Assembly: GCA_965235115.1 (NCBI GenBank)
Contig: OZ249439.1
Coordinates: forward strand, 12,214,001 to 12,278,000
Source: Laetmonice hystrix
Lineage: Eukaryota
Length of the DNA: 64,000 nt
Reading direction: 5' to 3'
Shown: positions 40,444 to 53,823 of the stretch, one piece after another
Layout of the letters: each line of letters starts with the position of its first letter
Position numbering within the stretch: the first letter of the stretch is position 1
Translations under genes and position numbers: made by a program
The notes under the pieces: model-generated
What the model was told of the DNA's origin: nothing
Database searches by the model: none
What the model saw: only the letters and a program-made list of their open reading frames with translations

Positions 40444-41990
40444 TTATAACACAGATTTACGGCGCCGATCTATCTCACCACTATGTCATATTTCTGACAC
40501 AAAATACGCCTCGGTCTTTCAGAAAAAAAAAGAATCCCTTCAGGAAAGTCTTGTGTAAGTTTGCCTAAGCCCAAATGTAGGTCAGAGTGGTGTTTCCGGG
40601 TAAACTCTCGTCCCACGGAAATGCCATCAAGCGAACAAGCCCCAAAAGGGTGGATTGCCATCTAAAAGAGTTCTGATTGCGTTTGGGCCAGAGGAAGTGT
40701 AGCAATAATAATCAGCCCGATTATGTTCAAATTGGAAATGTAATGCGGGCTGCAGTGAAGGCAGGGCTGGGTGGACATGACTGCAGTAAGGTAGCAATAG
40801 AGCGGTGTTAGCTGCCGGCAGGGCGTCCATGCCACCACAGCCTCCGGGTCCCTGTGCTGGCCGACCGGTCTCCGAGCAACACAATTGAGAAGTCGACCCG
40901 GTTCGTTACATGACGGAGGCGGGCCGTTTCTCCGCCAGCCATGCCCACTGGGGTAGCCTGACAGCAACAACCGTCGATTTAGGGGCAATTTGGATGACAG
41001 ATGTCCGCGTTAACACCTAAGCTCGGTACAAAATCCAGTTTAACGTCTGGAATACGGGCTGGCAGGCAGACAAGCAGCTTAACCGCCTCTCGAGGATTTC
41101 CTTGCCGTTGAGTGGGCAAGAAGCATTAGTTCTTGCTTCCACAACTGCAGGTCTATTGCATCTGGCAGCAAACAGGTGGACCGTATCATGAACTATTATC
41201 ATCGTACATAATATAGTCCTTGCGCCGTCTCTGTTAAAGCATGTATACTGTATGCAAGCTTTGATGTATTTCTTGTTATCCTGGCGGACCTCCTGTTGTG
41301 TTGGCATGTGCTCTGCTGCCGCCAGGACAATAAGTTTTAACACCCTGCCCCCCTGAGACGAGGGGCTTGGAGTGGAAGAATGGTCATGGGTCTGAGGTCT
41401 CAAGGAGCACTTTGTCGGATGAAAGGACTATTCTTACTGTAAGTCGATACGCTTGAAGAATATTCTACAGAACCTCCTATACGTATCGTGTATCCATAAT
41501 ATTATATTACTTTTATTTTCAATTAATTTATTATATCATCTAGAGAATAGAGCTATATTAACCTTTACCAGTCTCCCAAACAATATACTATTGACAACGT
41601 TATAGTTAACAATCCTGGAAACTGTGCATTTAGGTAGAAGACATTCATAAAAATAAGATGACCATGTAGTCATGTTTCTTCTTCTAATATTCAACTGACT
41701 TCGCTGTCTTATGACGAGTAAGATATTCATTGCTGGCTTTGCGTCAGTAACGAACCCCCCTGGGGTGGGAAGACTGGCCCCTCCACACACATCTGTACCA
41801 CGACGTGTGCCGTACCCTCACACTTAAGGCAGGAATTTTGTGACCATCGAGACCATAGAATCAATAATGTATCAAGACCCATGTTTACCACCTGTTCCAA
41901 GGTGAAGGGTATGGTGAGGAGCTGGATGGGTTATCGTGGGGGTTGGGGTAAGGGGGCTACTTCTTCACTGTCAATTTCACACAACCAAGG

Positions 41991-42054
41991 GCTGTGAGCT
42001 GTGAGCTGTTGAGCTGTGAGCTGTTGAGCTGTGAGCTGTGAGCTGTGAGCTGTG
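41991..42054. repeat. (GCTGTGA)n 7-bp repeat, ~9 units with 8-bp variants
   Basis: Direct reading of GCTGTGA and GCTGTTGA units. Confidence 0.93.
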
Positions 42055-42958
42055 GTTATTGCTTTGGTTTGGTCCTCCATACGGTGATATTATGTCGGTA
42101 TGAGATAAAGATGTTTTTACATATTTGGACTCGAATTATTTACTTCTGAGGTCCTAATCCAATATCAACCTTCAGGGTTCTCTAAACAGGGGATCAGATT
42201 TGGTTTGCGGGGGCGCACCGAACGCTAGTGAGCACGTCCCTCTGTGATGTGTGAAGTAGTTCAAAGACATAGCTGCGTTGCAGCCGCAGCCCAGAGCACA
42301 CAGGAGGCAGGACTGGTCATTAGGATGTCTCCCGCTGTGTATCAAGGATGTCCTTTTATCCACAGAAGTGTGGCAAGCCCGCTTGGCTACGTCAGCTCGC
42401 TGTGTTTAGCTAATGAGTATGAAGTTTGGCTCGATTGTTAAGGCAGCTGAGTAGGTACCTTTCCACTACATTCAGTGACCGCTTTGCGAGACCTGCAGGC
42501 CAATTAGCGACATCTACATGTGCAGGTCCCTCGCCCTGTGCGCGCCACTCTGACTTACAGTTAGAGATGGCATACATAAGTCATGGGGGCGGCTCCTGCC
42601 TCAGCAGTCAGCACGGTTGGTGCAGATGCTAGGATAGATGGGATGGTACACTTGAATGCCTTTATTGGCCCAGGTTTGGGATGTTGTACCCTGTAATCCA
42701 TCAGATCTCTGCCGAGGCGTGGAAAAACTCCCGACCTCAACACCTTCGGCCAATCTATCAGTCCTAAACCAGCCAGTTTTTGCCATGTTGAGACCTGAAC
42801 ACATTATAGTCCTCTGACATGGAGGTGTTACAGTCCTGTAAAGTCCGCTTAAAGGAGCCACTTGGAGCAAACAGACCGGCTGAACTGATCCGTTTCGAAT
42901 TACAAATATGGATGACGTGAAATAACCCCTCTGGACAAAGTTAGATTATACCTTCCCC

Positions 42959-44244
42959 ACGTAAATATCGGTATAGATGTGGTTTCTGACGTATATATCG
43001 GTATAGATGTGGTTTCTGACGTATATATCGGTATAGATATGGTTTCTGACGTATATATCGGTATAGATATGGTTTCTGACGTATATATCGGTATAGATAT
43101 GGTTTCTGACGTATATATCGGTATAGATGTGGTTTCTGACGTATATATCGGTATAGATGTGGTTTCTGACGTATCGGTATAGATGTGGTTTCTGACGTAT
43201 CGGTATAGATGTGGTTTCTGACGTATATATCGGTATAGATGTGGTTTCTGACGTATATATCGGTATAGATATGGTTTCTGACGTATATATCGGTATAGAT
43301 GTGGTTTCTGACGTATCGGTATAGATGTGGTTTCTGACGTATATCGGTATAGATGTGGTTTCTGACGTATATATCGGTATAGATGTGGTTTCTGACGTAT
43401 ATATCGGTATAGATGTGGTTTCTGACGTATATATCGGTATAGATATAGTTTCTGACGTATATATCGGTATAGATGTGGTTTCTGACGTATATATCGGTAT
43501 AGATGTGGTTTCTGACGTATATCGGTATAGATGTGGTTTCTGACGTAAATATCGGTATAGATATGGTTTCTGACGTATATATCGGTATAGATGTGGTTTC
43601 TGACGTATATATCGGTATAGATGTGGTTTCTGACGTATGTATCGGTATAGATGTGGTTTCTGACGTATCGGTATAGATGTGGTTTCTGACGTATCGGTAT
43701 AGATGTGGTTTCTGACGTATATATCGGTATAGATGTGGTTTCTGACGTAAATATCGGTATAGATGTGGTATCTGACGTATATATCGGTATAGATGTGGTT
43801 TCTGACGTATAGATCGGTATAGATATGGTTTCTGACGTATATATCGGTATAGATGTGGTTTCTGACGTATCGGTATAGATGTGGTTTCTGACGTATATAT
43901 CGGTATAGATGTGGTTTCTGACGTATATATCGGTAAAGATATAGTTTCTGACGTATATATCGGTATAGATGTGGTTTCTGACGTATATCGGTATAGATGT
44001 GGTTTCTGACGTAAATATTGGTATAGATGTGGTTTCTGACGTATATATCGGTATAGATGTGGTTTCTGACGTATCGGTATAGATGTGGTTTCTGACGTAT
44101 ATATCGGTATAGATGTGGTTTCTGACGTATCGGTATAGATGTGGTTTCTGACGTATATATCGGTATAGATGTGGTTTCTGACGTATATATCGGTATAGAT
44201 ATGGTTTCTGACGTATATCGGTATAGATGTGGTTTCTGACGTAA
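42959..44244. repeat. Minisatellite, 30-bp unit with 28- and 26-bp variants, ~44 copies
   Basis: ACG(TA)1-3TCGGTATAGAT(G/A)TGGTTTCTG; accounts for the 451-aa pseudo-ORF 42900-44255. Confidence 0.98.
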
Positions 44245-45594
44245 AGTTGAATCACGCCGTGTTTACGATCTGTGGTGTATGAAGGTGTTGGTCCTTGCCG
44301 TACATGGCCGTCCAGGCATGGCGTAGTAAAGCATGAGCCTCTCTGTAGGTCCTGCCCTCCCGTTGCAGGGTAACAGAACTTTTTATCTCCTCATACTTTG
44401 TTCTGGGGATATCAATATGATTCTAACAGACTGACATGAGTTGTCTCAGCTGTACGTTTGGATACGGAGACATACCATATGGGGCCGATCGGTTGTATTG
44501 ACTCATGCCCTCCCTGGTCACACGACGCTCTCGCCTGACCAGCTTCAGGGTTTACCAAATAAAGAGCGATCTTTTGTTGATAATGCTCACGGGGATATGG
44601 TTACAGGCATAGTCTTAAAGGCACTAACCATAAATTCAGGCATGCTAACTGGAATAAGAAATACACTTACACTGAAAAAGATTTCATTTGGGGTTCGTTT
44701 TTATGGCGAACAGAATCTACTACATAAGTCCATCTAAAGACTAGGCCTAGCTTACGTAAAGGTTCGACTAAGAAGATCTCTGTGGGACAATATGTCAGAA
44801 AGACAACGTTTGAACCAATATGCCGGCAGCCTATACACTAGAGAATCTTGGTACGGAGTTAACGTCCCCAATGAATACACTTCACGGTTGTACAGAAGTA
44901 CGTCCTCTGTCGACAAGGGACGCTACAATATACCAGTGTGCTTCGGCCACGCTCATCGTCATTTGTGTGCGGGGATGAATATATATGGCGGACGCTGAAA
45001 TGATAGATTGTGTCCAGCGTTCCGGCAGGGAAGACGTTACCGATGCCGTCATCCTAGACAGTGAGGAAATTAAGCGGAAGATAGATTAGGAGAGGACACC
45101 AGCGTGTGTCACACAGCGGGATATGACGATATGCGTTCGCATGCCCAGGCTCTCCGCAACAGTCGCCATCTGAACATTCTCATCCTCTCGGCTGGAATAA
45201 ATGTCTGTGTGTGCAGTATAATGAAATATTACAATTCTAGTTAGTCGAGAATTGGAGTGGGTAACAAGAAGCCCCCCACATACTAATGATTCGTCCCGTA
45301 TATGGGATTTAATTTAAGAGCAGCGCTATTCTTTGTCGGCTTTCTGCAAATTATTTAATGGAAGACCCTCATTTCATCGGTTGGTGTAATAAATATAAAC
45401 TGGGTAAAGTTTAGCAAATAAAATCTTCGTGGATTGCCTAATACCCTTTAAAGGCCACGGACTTCCTTATTTGTCTGTTTGGATGATCTTTAACTGTTAT
45501 CTACTTAACCCCATGCCATTCCCTCCTTTCCATTTATATTTGCTACATTACCTCAAATTGAGGCAATTACCTAAAATCAACCGAATTGTATTAA

Positions 45595-46186
45595 AGGTAT
45601 TTCTAGAGAGTTCCGTGCAATGAGCACGCGGCAGATTACTGCTCTCCACTGTTTCCGTGGGACGCCCGCCACCTGCCGCCCGATCTTTAACTATCACTAT
45701 CTCGAACTAATCCAAACTCCCTCAAAGAGTTTAAATTTTGCAATATAACTATCCCTATCCCTAACTCTAACGCGTATTGAAAAGTTTGAGGGTAAAATAT
45801 ATAACATATTCATGCGCTAGGTGGCTACGTCCTTGTATCCCCAGAAGATAGTTGAGAGCAGCAATCTGCCTTTTGCTTGCAACGATAAATCCGTGTAAGG
45901 AAAGAACGGATGTTTGAGGACACCTGGCGGAAACAGATCGCAGCACACTGACAGCACTGTCTACTCAGGCTACAAGGGTATTATCGAATAAAACGAAACA
46001 CAAACAACAAAAATATACATCCCCCTACAAGCACATTGTATATATATGAAAGGCATGCAGACTGAACGATAGGTCCGAGGCAACCGAAAGAAAGCAATAC
46101 ACCACGTGTAACCGTACACTGACTCCTAACTAATGCCAAAGGTATGCCACTCGACTGTTTCGTGAATGTGAGAGGTACAAATACCT
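45595..46186. mobile_element. Possible Kolobok-like non-autonomous element (592 bp)
   Basis: TTAA on both flanks (45591-45594, 46187-46190). Left end AGGTATTTCTAG vs reverse complement of the right end AGGTATTTGTAC (10/12). Confidence 0.45.
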
Positions 46187-46295
46187 TTAAAGGTTATCCC
46201 CTGAAGAACACATGGACTCTGGAGAACAATATCTTTGATAAGTTCACAGAACAAAAGGACTGGCTTCTGTGGCCTCAAACATGCCACATACAGCC

Positions 46296-46376
46296 CAGGG
46301 GCAGATCCAGGTGCTCGGGGGGGGGGGGCAAAAAATGCGGCCCAAGGGGGCACCGCCACACCTAAATCCGCGCCTG
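46296..46376. mobile_element. Small degenerate CAGG-terminal MITE (81 bp) with an apparent 5-bp TSD
   Basis: CAGGGGCAGATCCAGG ... CCTAAATCCGCGCCTG are imperfect TIRs. Internal poly-G. Flanks CAGCC / CAGTC (4/5). Confidence 0.5.
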
Positions 46377-46579
46377 CAGTCATTGTTGTTCATGTAGTGT
46401 TTCCTTCATCTTCATATATACAGTGATCAAATTGGATTATCCTGACACTATTTACATTTACACAGATAGAAATAGTGCCGTCACTTTGAGTTACAGAGGC
46501 CCGTTTTCATTCTAAAGAAGCTATAGACCGAGCTTATGTAAGGGTCGGATTATGGTGGCTTCCAGTCCACAGACAATCT

Positions 46580-47020
46580 GACATAGGCAGCGCCTACTTT
46601 GGGTGAGCGTGATCTAGTCAACACTACAGACATAGGCAGCGCCTACTTTGGGTGAGGGTGATCTAGTCAACACTACAGACATAGGCAGCGCCTACTTTGG
46701 GTGAGGGTGATCTAGTCAACACTACAGACATAGGCAGCGCCTACTTTGTGTGAGGGTGATCTAGTCAACACTACAGACATAGGCAGCGCCTACTTTGGGT
46801 GAGGGTGATCTAGTCAACACTACAGACATAGGCAGCGCCTACTTTGGGTGAGGGTGATCTAGTCATCACTACAGACATAGGCAGCGCCTACTTTGGGTGA
46901 GGGTGATCTAGTCATCACTACAGACATAGGCAGCGCCTACTTTGGGTGAGGGTGATCTAGTCATCACTACAGACATAGGCAGCGCCTACTTTGGGTGAGG
47001 GTGATCTAGTCAACACTACA
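46580..47020. repeat. Minisatellite, 49-bp unit, 9 highly similar copies
   Basis: GACATAGGCAGCGCCTACTTTGGGTGAGGGTGATCTAGTCA(A/T)CACTACA. Confidence 0.97.
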
Positions 47021-50000
47021 CACACAGTGATTGACTGGTGCATCTGATTCATAGTCTACGTCACGTCCTTCTGGGGAGGGGAATTAGACAGGATGAAAAG
47101 CTCAGACGTGATAATTGCCATTTGCGGATGATTATCATCATAATTCCGGGCCATCTTCACAAGGCACCCGCGTGGATTGGCTCCTTGAAGTGGTGCCAGC
47201 CGCGGTCAGAGGCTCAAGTAGGCCGGCTCAATGGCCTGGCCCACGGCGGTCTAGTCCTCAAACAGTCCTGAGAATGCGAATCACCTATGAGACCACTTTA
47301 CCCCCCACCCGCGCTGTCTCCTGGCCAGGCCTACTGTTTGTCCAGCCGGATAACATATCGGTACGAGTGAAGGCGTATCAAATCCATTGTTCTTACCACT
47401 GATTGCTGCAGGCTTCCATACCTCCACCTTGTTAGGCCTGGCGAGCCGATCGCCTCTGTTGGAATTACCCCAGGCGTATGGCTTCCTGATGACCCACCTT
47501 CCTCCAGCCTTGTCTGCCCCCCTTCACTCCCCCGCTGACTTACTGTTCAGTTGAGTAGGCTGAGGGGAATCACAACAAGGCGACCATTTTATTGGTCTAA
47601 TTTGGTGGGTGTGGCAACACGCTGAGTGTATCCGGGATATCGGCCAATATCCGTCGTCCGTCGGCAGACCGTGAACCCAGTTCACACTACTACACGTATA
47701 TGGATGCTAGGGTATTGGTATAAAAACAAGTAGCGCCCCCCCCCCCCCCACGGCACTGGGGACACATGTCCCTTTTATTATACATTGTGTACTGGTTAAA
47801 GGTGCCTATCCTCTCGGTGCCAACCCGAACTCCAGTTTAAAATTCGCTCGAATATTCTAGTTACAGTTAAGCACGAAAACGGGACCAGAGTTGATGTCAT
47901 GAAATGAATCTTCTCCGAGATGGTAACACTGGCAGCTAATTACTCGCCCACCGAGGGAATCCAGTACCGTCATAAGACTAAACGATAAACGATAATGTTC
48001 AGTATCCCTGGTTATACTGGCCAGTAATCTACCGGAGATGCTGAGCTAAATAAGAAGGTCATTGGGCATAATGTACGATAGTGCTTACTTAAGGAAAAAT
48101 AACTAATGATATACCTTCAACAGTGTTTGTCGTTTTACGATAAATTATGTAGATCTGTGCGGTTTAGCAATAAATAGTGCATGGGCTCGGGGAGACAAGC
48201 TGTACCATTAGGAAGAGTATAAGAGTATTACTTCAAGTATGAGCCCTAAAGCCTTCTGATAGTTTGACCTCGTGTGGCTAGAATTTCACGATCTAAATGG
48301 TGGACTGCATTCCTGACGCTACTCAAGGTGGAGAACCTCTCCAATCCAGTAACCTCGTGTTCTTATCGTCGGCACTACCAGATCGATACGCAACCAATGG
48401 CCACCTTCACACTGCAGGCTACAAACAGAAATGAAATAGTCACTGCATGCCCCCCGAAATGGCACAAATGACCCCGAACGACCAGAAACGCAGCAAGTGT
48501 ATTAGGTGAAAGGAACTTGGTTATCTTATGATGTTCCCCCTCAAGTCGTTGATCGAGTCGAGATTTATTTGCCCAAACACCACCAACAAGTGGCTCGAGA
48601 GGCCCAGAATGCAATGCTGCAGTGGCATTCCTCTCTTGCCATTTTAAACGCGACTTCCTTCAGGCACAATTTGATCGACTTTACTCGTTTTATTCCCCAA
48701 CTTTGCACTACATGGGTTGTGGGGTGAAGCGAAGGTGTCGTTTTGCACGCTGGAGCACAGGAAGCTAACATTTTGTGGATTCAAGTCGACAGAAACAATT
48801 TCACGGGTGGTAATTATACTCGGTTCGACCTCCTATGTCAGTTTCATGACTAGCCCGTGGCTGTTTCTCGTATAAAACTGTCTCTATTACGACACGGTAA
48901 CTGTAGGTCTTGGTTATGCTAACGGGTACGACCGTTGGCGATCCTACCCGCCTTTCATGGTGGCAGGTTTTGGCACTTTAATTAAGTGGGGGGACGAACA
49001 GTAGAACGAGCAGCCTGTCATGACTGTCACCGATACCTCCCGATGGTTTGGCCGAGCGCAGGGACGTGGAAAGCACTCGAAACACAATCCCGTCCTTTTG
49101 GATAGGCCAATGTAATTAATGTAGCCGGGTCGTTAATTCATCTGATAACAAGACCGCTCCTGGCCTAATGACACTACCTATAGTGGATCGAAACATACAA
49201 ATGGCCCGCGATGGCACTCAAAGGCAAGCAATCAGGCTACCGATCCTCGCTGCTGAAATCCTATATGGTCTTTGGGTTATTTCACGTCGGAGTATAATTG
49301 ACATTCAAGGAGACCTGCACAGAATAGACACAGTGTTACCGCTGCTGATCAAATATAGACGGGTGGTGGCATCATATGAAGTATAGTTCACAAAGTCCAA
49401 CGTATTGAATGTCAATCAGAAGAAACTCTGCTGACAGCGGAGCAATTCATCCTAACTTTAGGGCTGTAAACTAAACATGAACCGAGTTTAATCTTCTCAG
49501 ATCTTCTTCAACCCACGATTGTCGTACTGAAAGGTTACCTACATTTGTACAAACGACAAATTCATATTAATACCCTTCATGCCTTTTCCTCCATACTGCA
49601 AGGACTGCGAATTCCAAAGCTAAGAGTCCGCCATCGACGCAGCCCTTGTTGGAACCCCGTGCACAGCCGCGACGTTATTTGCCCTTTTTGGGCGTTCACT
49701 GGCACCCTCTGAACTAGCACGTAAAGGACACTGGGCAGAAAAGGTCCCCTCCTCCCTTATGGTGGCATCTTGAAGCCAGTCATTTTGCTTTCAATCAAGA
49801 GTAATATGGCAATATGACGTTGTTAGCCGCCCTTGTAAGAAAGCCTGAAGGATAGACGAATGACACTCAGGCCAGAGCAGGCAGGGCGGGGTGACAGGGC
49901 AGCATTCCGATTGGCGGGCCCATTTTATCGACGGACCTCGGAGGTCGCCTTCACTCGAGCTAACATTCACTGGAATTGGGAATAGTGTCACAACGAACGC

Positions 50001-52728
50001 GCTCAGAAATTAAATAATAGTAACGTTAAGTCCGTATAGAAGGCAGAGGACGTTGGTTAATTAGGTTGCCTTTGGGAATTTTGCAAGCTCGTTTGGTGTT
50101 TTTCTCCTATATCGACTTCTTTTTCGTACTCCTCGAGCGTGGGTCCTTGGTCTGAATTGAATTCTGTGGATTAAGATAGTTAACTGACACTATGGATGAA
50201 ACAGGAAATGAGAAATCCCATTAAGAGTAGAGAAGAAAAGTTAGCCAAGAGTCTTGCTCTCCTGAAGCCACAAAGGCACTGCTACAGTGGCTTTACTTTA
50301 GATAATTGCATGGGGATCAAACGTGACAATTAAACCCGGCTTTTCTGAAGTCGCTTAGTGTAATGAACTTGAAATTCTTCCACAGACATTCCTCTCGATC
50401 GATTACGCCTGTCGGTTTGAGGTAAGAGACATTGTGTCGCTCGATAAGGCCTAATTGTGCGCGCATGTAAACAGCGAGCAGCACAAAGAAACGGAGCGGG
50501 TTTGTGTTTGCGTTCGTGTCGACATTGTTCTGAACCGGAACAGGTGTCCTGGACGCTGATCAATACGGAGAGACGCTAAGGAACAACGTCTGACATCGGA
50601 ACCCTATCCCGCCTCCGCGTTCTGACCCTCCATTTGTTAGGACACAAGACAAAACCTCCCCAGCCCCCAACTCGGATTGCCATCGAGGAGGCCTCCGCGA
50701 GTTATTCTACCTGTACGAGCCGACTTGATGAGACTCCACACACGGCGGCTTTTGTGCGTTTTATATTTTTCCTTTTTTTGTATTTTTTTTCTTTCATTAG
50801 GTTGTATTATTAAACCGAGCCGAGGTGAAATGAGTGGATCACACGAGGCTGTATAATGTTACCGATGAGGCGTGGCTGGCAGGATCATTGTACGATGCCT
50901 ACCGTAATACCATTGTGTCTCGGCTACAGTAAGCAGGGTCCCAAGGGTTCCCTCTCTTTAATCTAGATTATATAATTGGCTGGTGCTAACGTCTTGTGCA
51001 AAGAACCTTGCAGCTGCCTAAAGCACCGGCAGTCAACAGACTCCCACGTTCTTACACAGGAAGTCGGAAGTTTTAAATATAGACGCGGCTGCTGGGTGAA
51101 TGGATGGGGTCCAGATCTGGGATCCGGGGAATATAAGCTTTCCACTAAATACCTGTCCCTTTAGGTTTGGCTGGCTGTTTCACCACACTGATCGACACTA
51201 GCTCCTTAATGCCGTAAGTATCCGACACAGACACGGTGTACCGACTGCCAACCGTAATTTCCTCTCGAAGAAGGGCAGGCATCAGTCTTGTACATGAGGC
51301 CTGCGTCTTTAGACTCTGGTATTGTTAGCATGGCGAGTATGACATAATGTGTGTGCCTGGCGTCCCAAAGTGTATTTTGGCCAAAATTATGATGGCGAAC
51401 TTGGCATGTTTTGTGTGGGCATTAACAGGTGGCTTAGGCAAACAAACTTTTACCATATTCATTCATAGCGAGATTACTTTTGATAGTTCCAGAATAGGCC
51501 CCTGTGTCTCCCTTGGTTAATTTTTTTGGCGGAATCACTGTAATAAAAACATTGTGTACATAACAGAACAGGAAGTACGGACAATTAAAATGAACGGTAT
51601 ACTTGAGGCTAAACAAGTCACTTGGAACCCTCTCGCAAATATCGAGTGGAAAGGTCTAGTGTCGTAACCGGACGCGTCTTTGCATGCCAACTTGCTCCAG
51701 CATGCAATCTGTGCAGACATTTCCTGCCCGTACAGCAGTCTATAGAAACTATACTACCCGTTAGATTATTAAATTAACAGTAGTCGTAAAATGTGCACAA
51801 ACAATGGCGCGTTTATAACAAACAGCTTCGTTCGCGTACAAGTCATCCTTATCATAGGTATAGTTGCCTGAATTCGGAGTATATCTGGAAGGTAGTGTGA
51901 CGTTAGCGTTCACCCCGTGCCCGCTGAAAACATTCATCTATGTCTTGTTGATATCCCTCTGAATTATGTGTTTTTAATGGATACCGATGTACGCTCCGTA
52001 TTGTGTTGGTGCAGTGGTAATGGATGGAAAGGGGCGATTAGACGCCCGCGTCGGTAGACAGGGTTGGGGGCAGCAGTGTGCTCCTTCACCTGGCACTGCT
52101 GAGGGGTACTACTATACACCCTCCTGGGCCGTTGGTGGGTGTCTGGCGATGGGGTGCTGAACAGGGTCAGATGTCATGACCTTACGGTATGACATCGGTC
52201 CCCCGGCAGGGGTGGGCGTCGTAGGGACTCCCCGCAAAGAAGGGTAAATAACCTCTATCAACGACGCCATCACCTGTACTTACAGCAGCCTGGTACTTTC
52301 AGTAAATCACCACGATGTTTCCTTTCGTTCAGCCCCGCCCCACACCAGTCGGACCCACGCTGTCCGTACACTGCTGAGACCTCGCACTCGGTGAAGCCGA
52401 GGTCTGCTGACCATCTCCTTGGCGGGAGCTTTGAAGCGATTGGTAACGAGGATGACCATATTCAATGGCCGTCGTGGCAATTTGGCGCACGATCCAACTT
52501 CGAAATTGCCAGTGTTCACCTGGCCAGGCTTGGGTTTGTGTGGAAGAGGAGTGGTCTCCAACTGGGAAAGGGTAATTGTAGGTTGTACCAGCATATAGTA
52601 TTGTTGCCAGTGACCACATGGGGAAACACGAAAACCACCATGTAACCCTACATTATGCAGTGTCGCATTTCAGTACTTGAACAAAAGGTACAGACGGTGG
52701 ATAGGGGGCATATGGGGAGAGATTTGCA

Positions 52729-52782
52729 CCCTCTACCTTTGAAATCTCTACCTTTGAACCCTCTACCTTCGAACCATCTACC
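52729..52782. repeat. 15-bp tandem repeat, ~3.6 copies
   Basis: CTCTACCTTTGAA(AT/CC) units. Confidence 0.85.
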
Positions 52783-53745
52783 ACTGTGGTAGGATTTTGG
52801 TAACCGACAATATCTCCGTGGACATCGATTTGAGAGTTATGACCACCAATGCAATTTCTCCAGGCAATTTGGAGCATATTTGAAACCAGATAACGGCATC
52901 ACAGAGCATCATACCTGTTGAAATTATTACACCTTGATAATAAATCGGAAATCTGGTGCAGGAGACTGTAGGCTGGAGAACAAAGAAGTCAAATACATGT
53001 ATAGGTTTACGAATGTATGTTGTGTAAAGTTATACTCGAGCGAGTCGCAAGGGGCTAATAGATCATCATATTATTTTGTCGAGGGTAAATCTTGGGGCTG
53101 GGATACAGGGTCATCGCTATTAAAGGAAACTGTACATGGGACTGGAAACCTGTTACACTTCACCTCCTTCTTGTCATTCTTATCGAGTATATCGTTAATA
53201 ATGTCGTTATGTTTTAAATATTACATTTCTATCACAACGGGTGCTGGGGTTACATTGTCATACGATTTTAACTTGGAACAATGACACAACACAGTCCATC
53301 TAACGTAACAATGCGAATGTGAGATGTCCCATTGAGTAGGAGCATACTGTTAGAGTTAGAAAAGTAATTAGGTAATTGTAGGGTTGGGGTTAAAATTGGT
53401 GCAATTCAATTTCTAAATGAAACAGTTGAAATAAAGGACGATTCAGACATTCATTTCGTTCTGGGTCTGGCGCCTTTTCTCAGTAGAGAGAGAGACAGAG
53501 ACAGAGACAGGGAGAGAGAAAAGAAAAGAAAAAAAGAGAAAAAAGAAAAAGTGAACTTGGTCTTAGTCGACTAGATATGTTCGAAGATCTGGCGTCTGAT
53601 ACAACACGTGATAACCCAATGATAGCCGCCATCCGGAACTATGCCACAGATCGACCCACTGACGGGGAACGGGTTGTATTGCTACATCCCTTTAGAAGAG
53701 TCATGTCGCACTTTTCTCAGCCTTGCACCCTCCCGGCTCCAAGTG

Positions 53746-53748
<3 letters not shown>

Positions 53749-53819
<71 letters not shown>
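53749..53819. repeat. (GA)n microsatellite, ~35 units
   Basis: Pure GA run. Further GA-rich tracts lie at ~37740-37830 and ~53484-53550. Confidence 0.98.

Positions 53820-53823
<4 letters not shown>

Noticed and set aside
45729-45772. CCCTATCCCTAACTCTAAC-type motifs (also ~53348-53390 and ~53995-54015) as telomeric or Helentron remnants
   Set aside because: Too short and degenerate; the diagnostic Helentron subterminal inverted repeats and 3' hairpin could not be located.
46580-47020. Regular repeat arrays as possible CRISPR arrays
   Set aside because: There are no unique spacers, the units are contiguous, the context is eukaryotic and no cas genes are present.
51991-52090. A-box-like GGTGCAGTGGTA suggesting a tRNA or tRNA-derived SINE
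   Set aside because: No B-box (GTTCRA) and no cloverleaf downstream.
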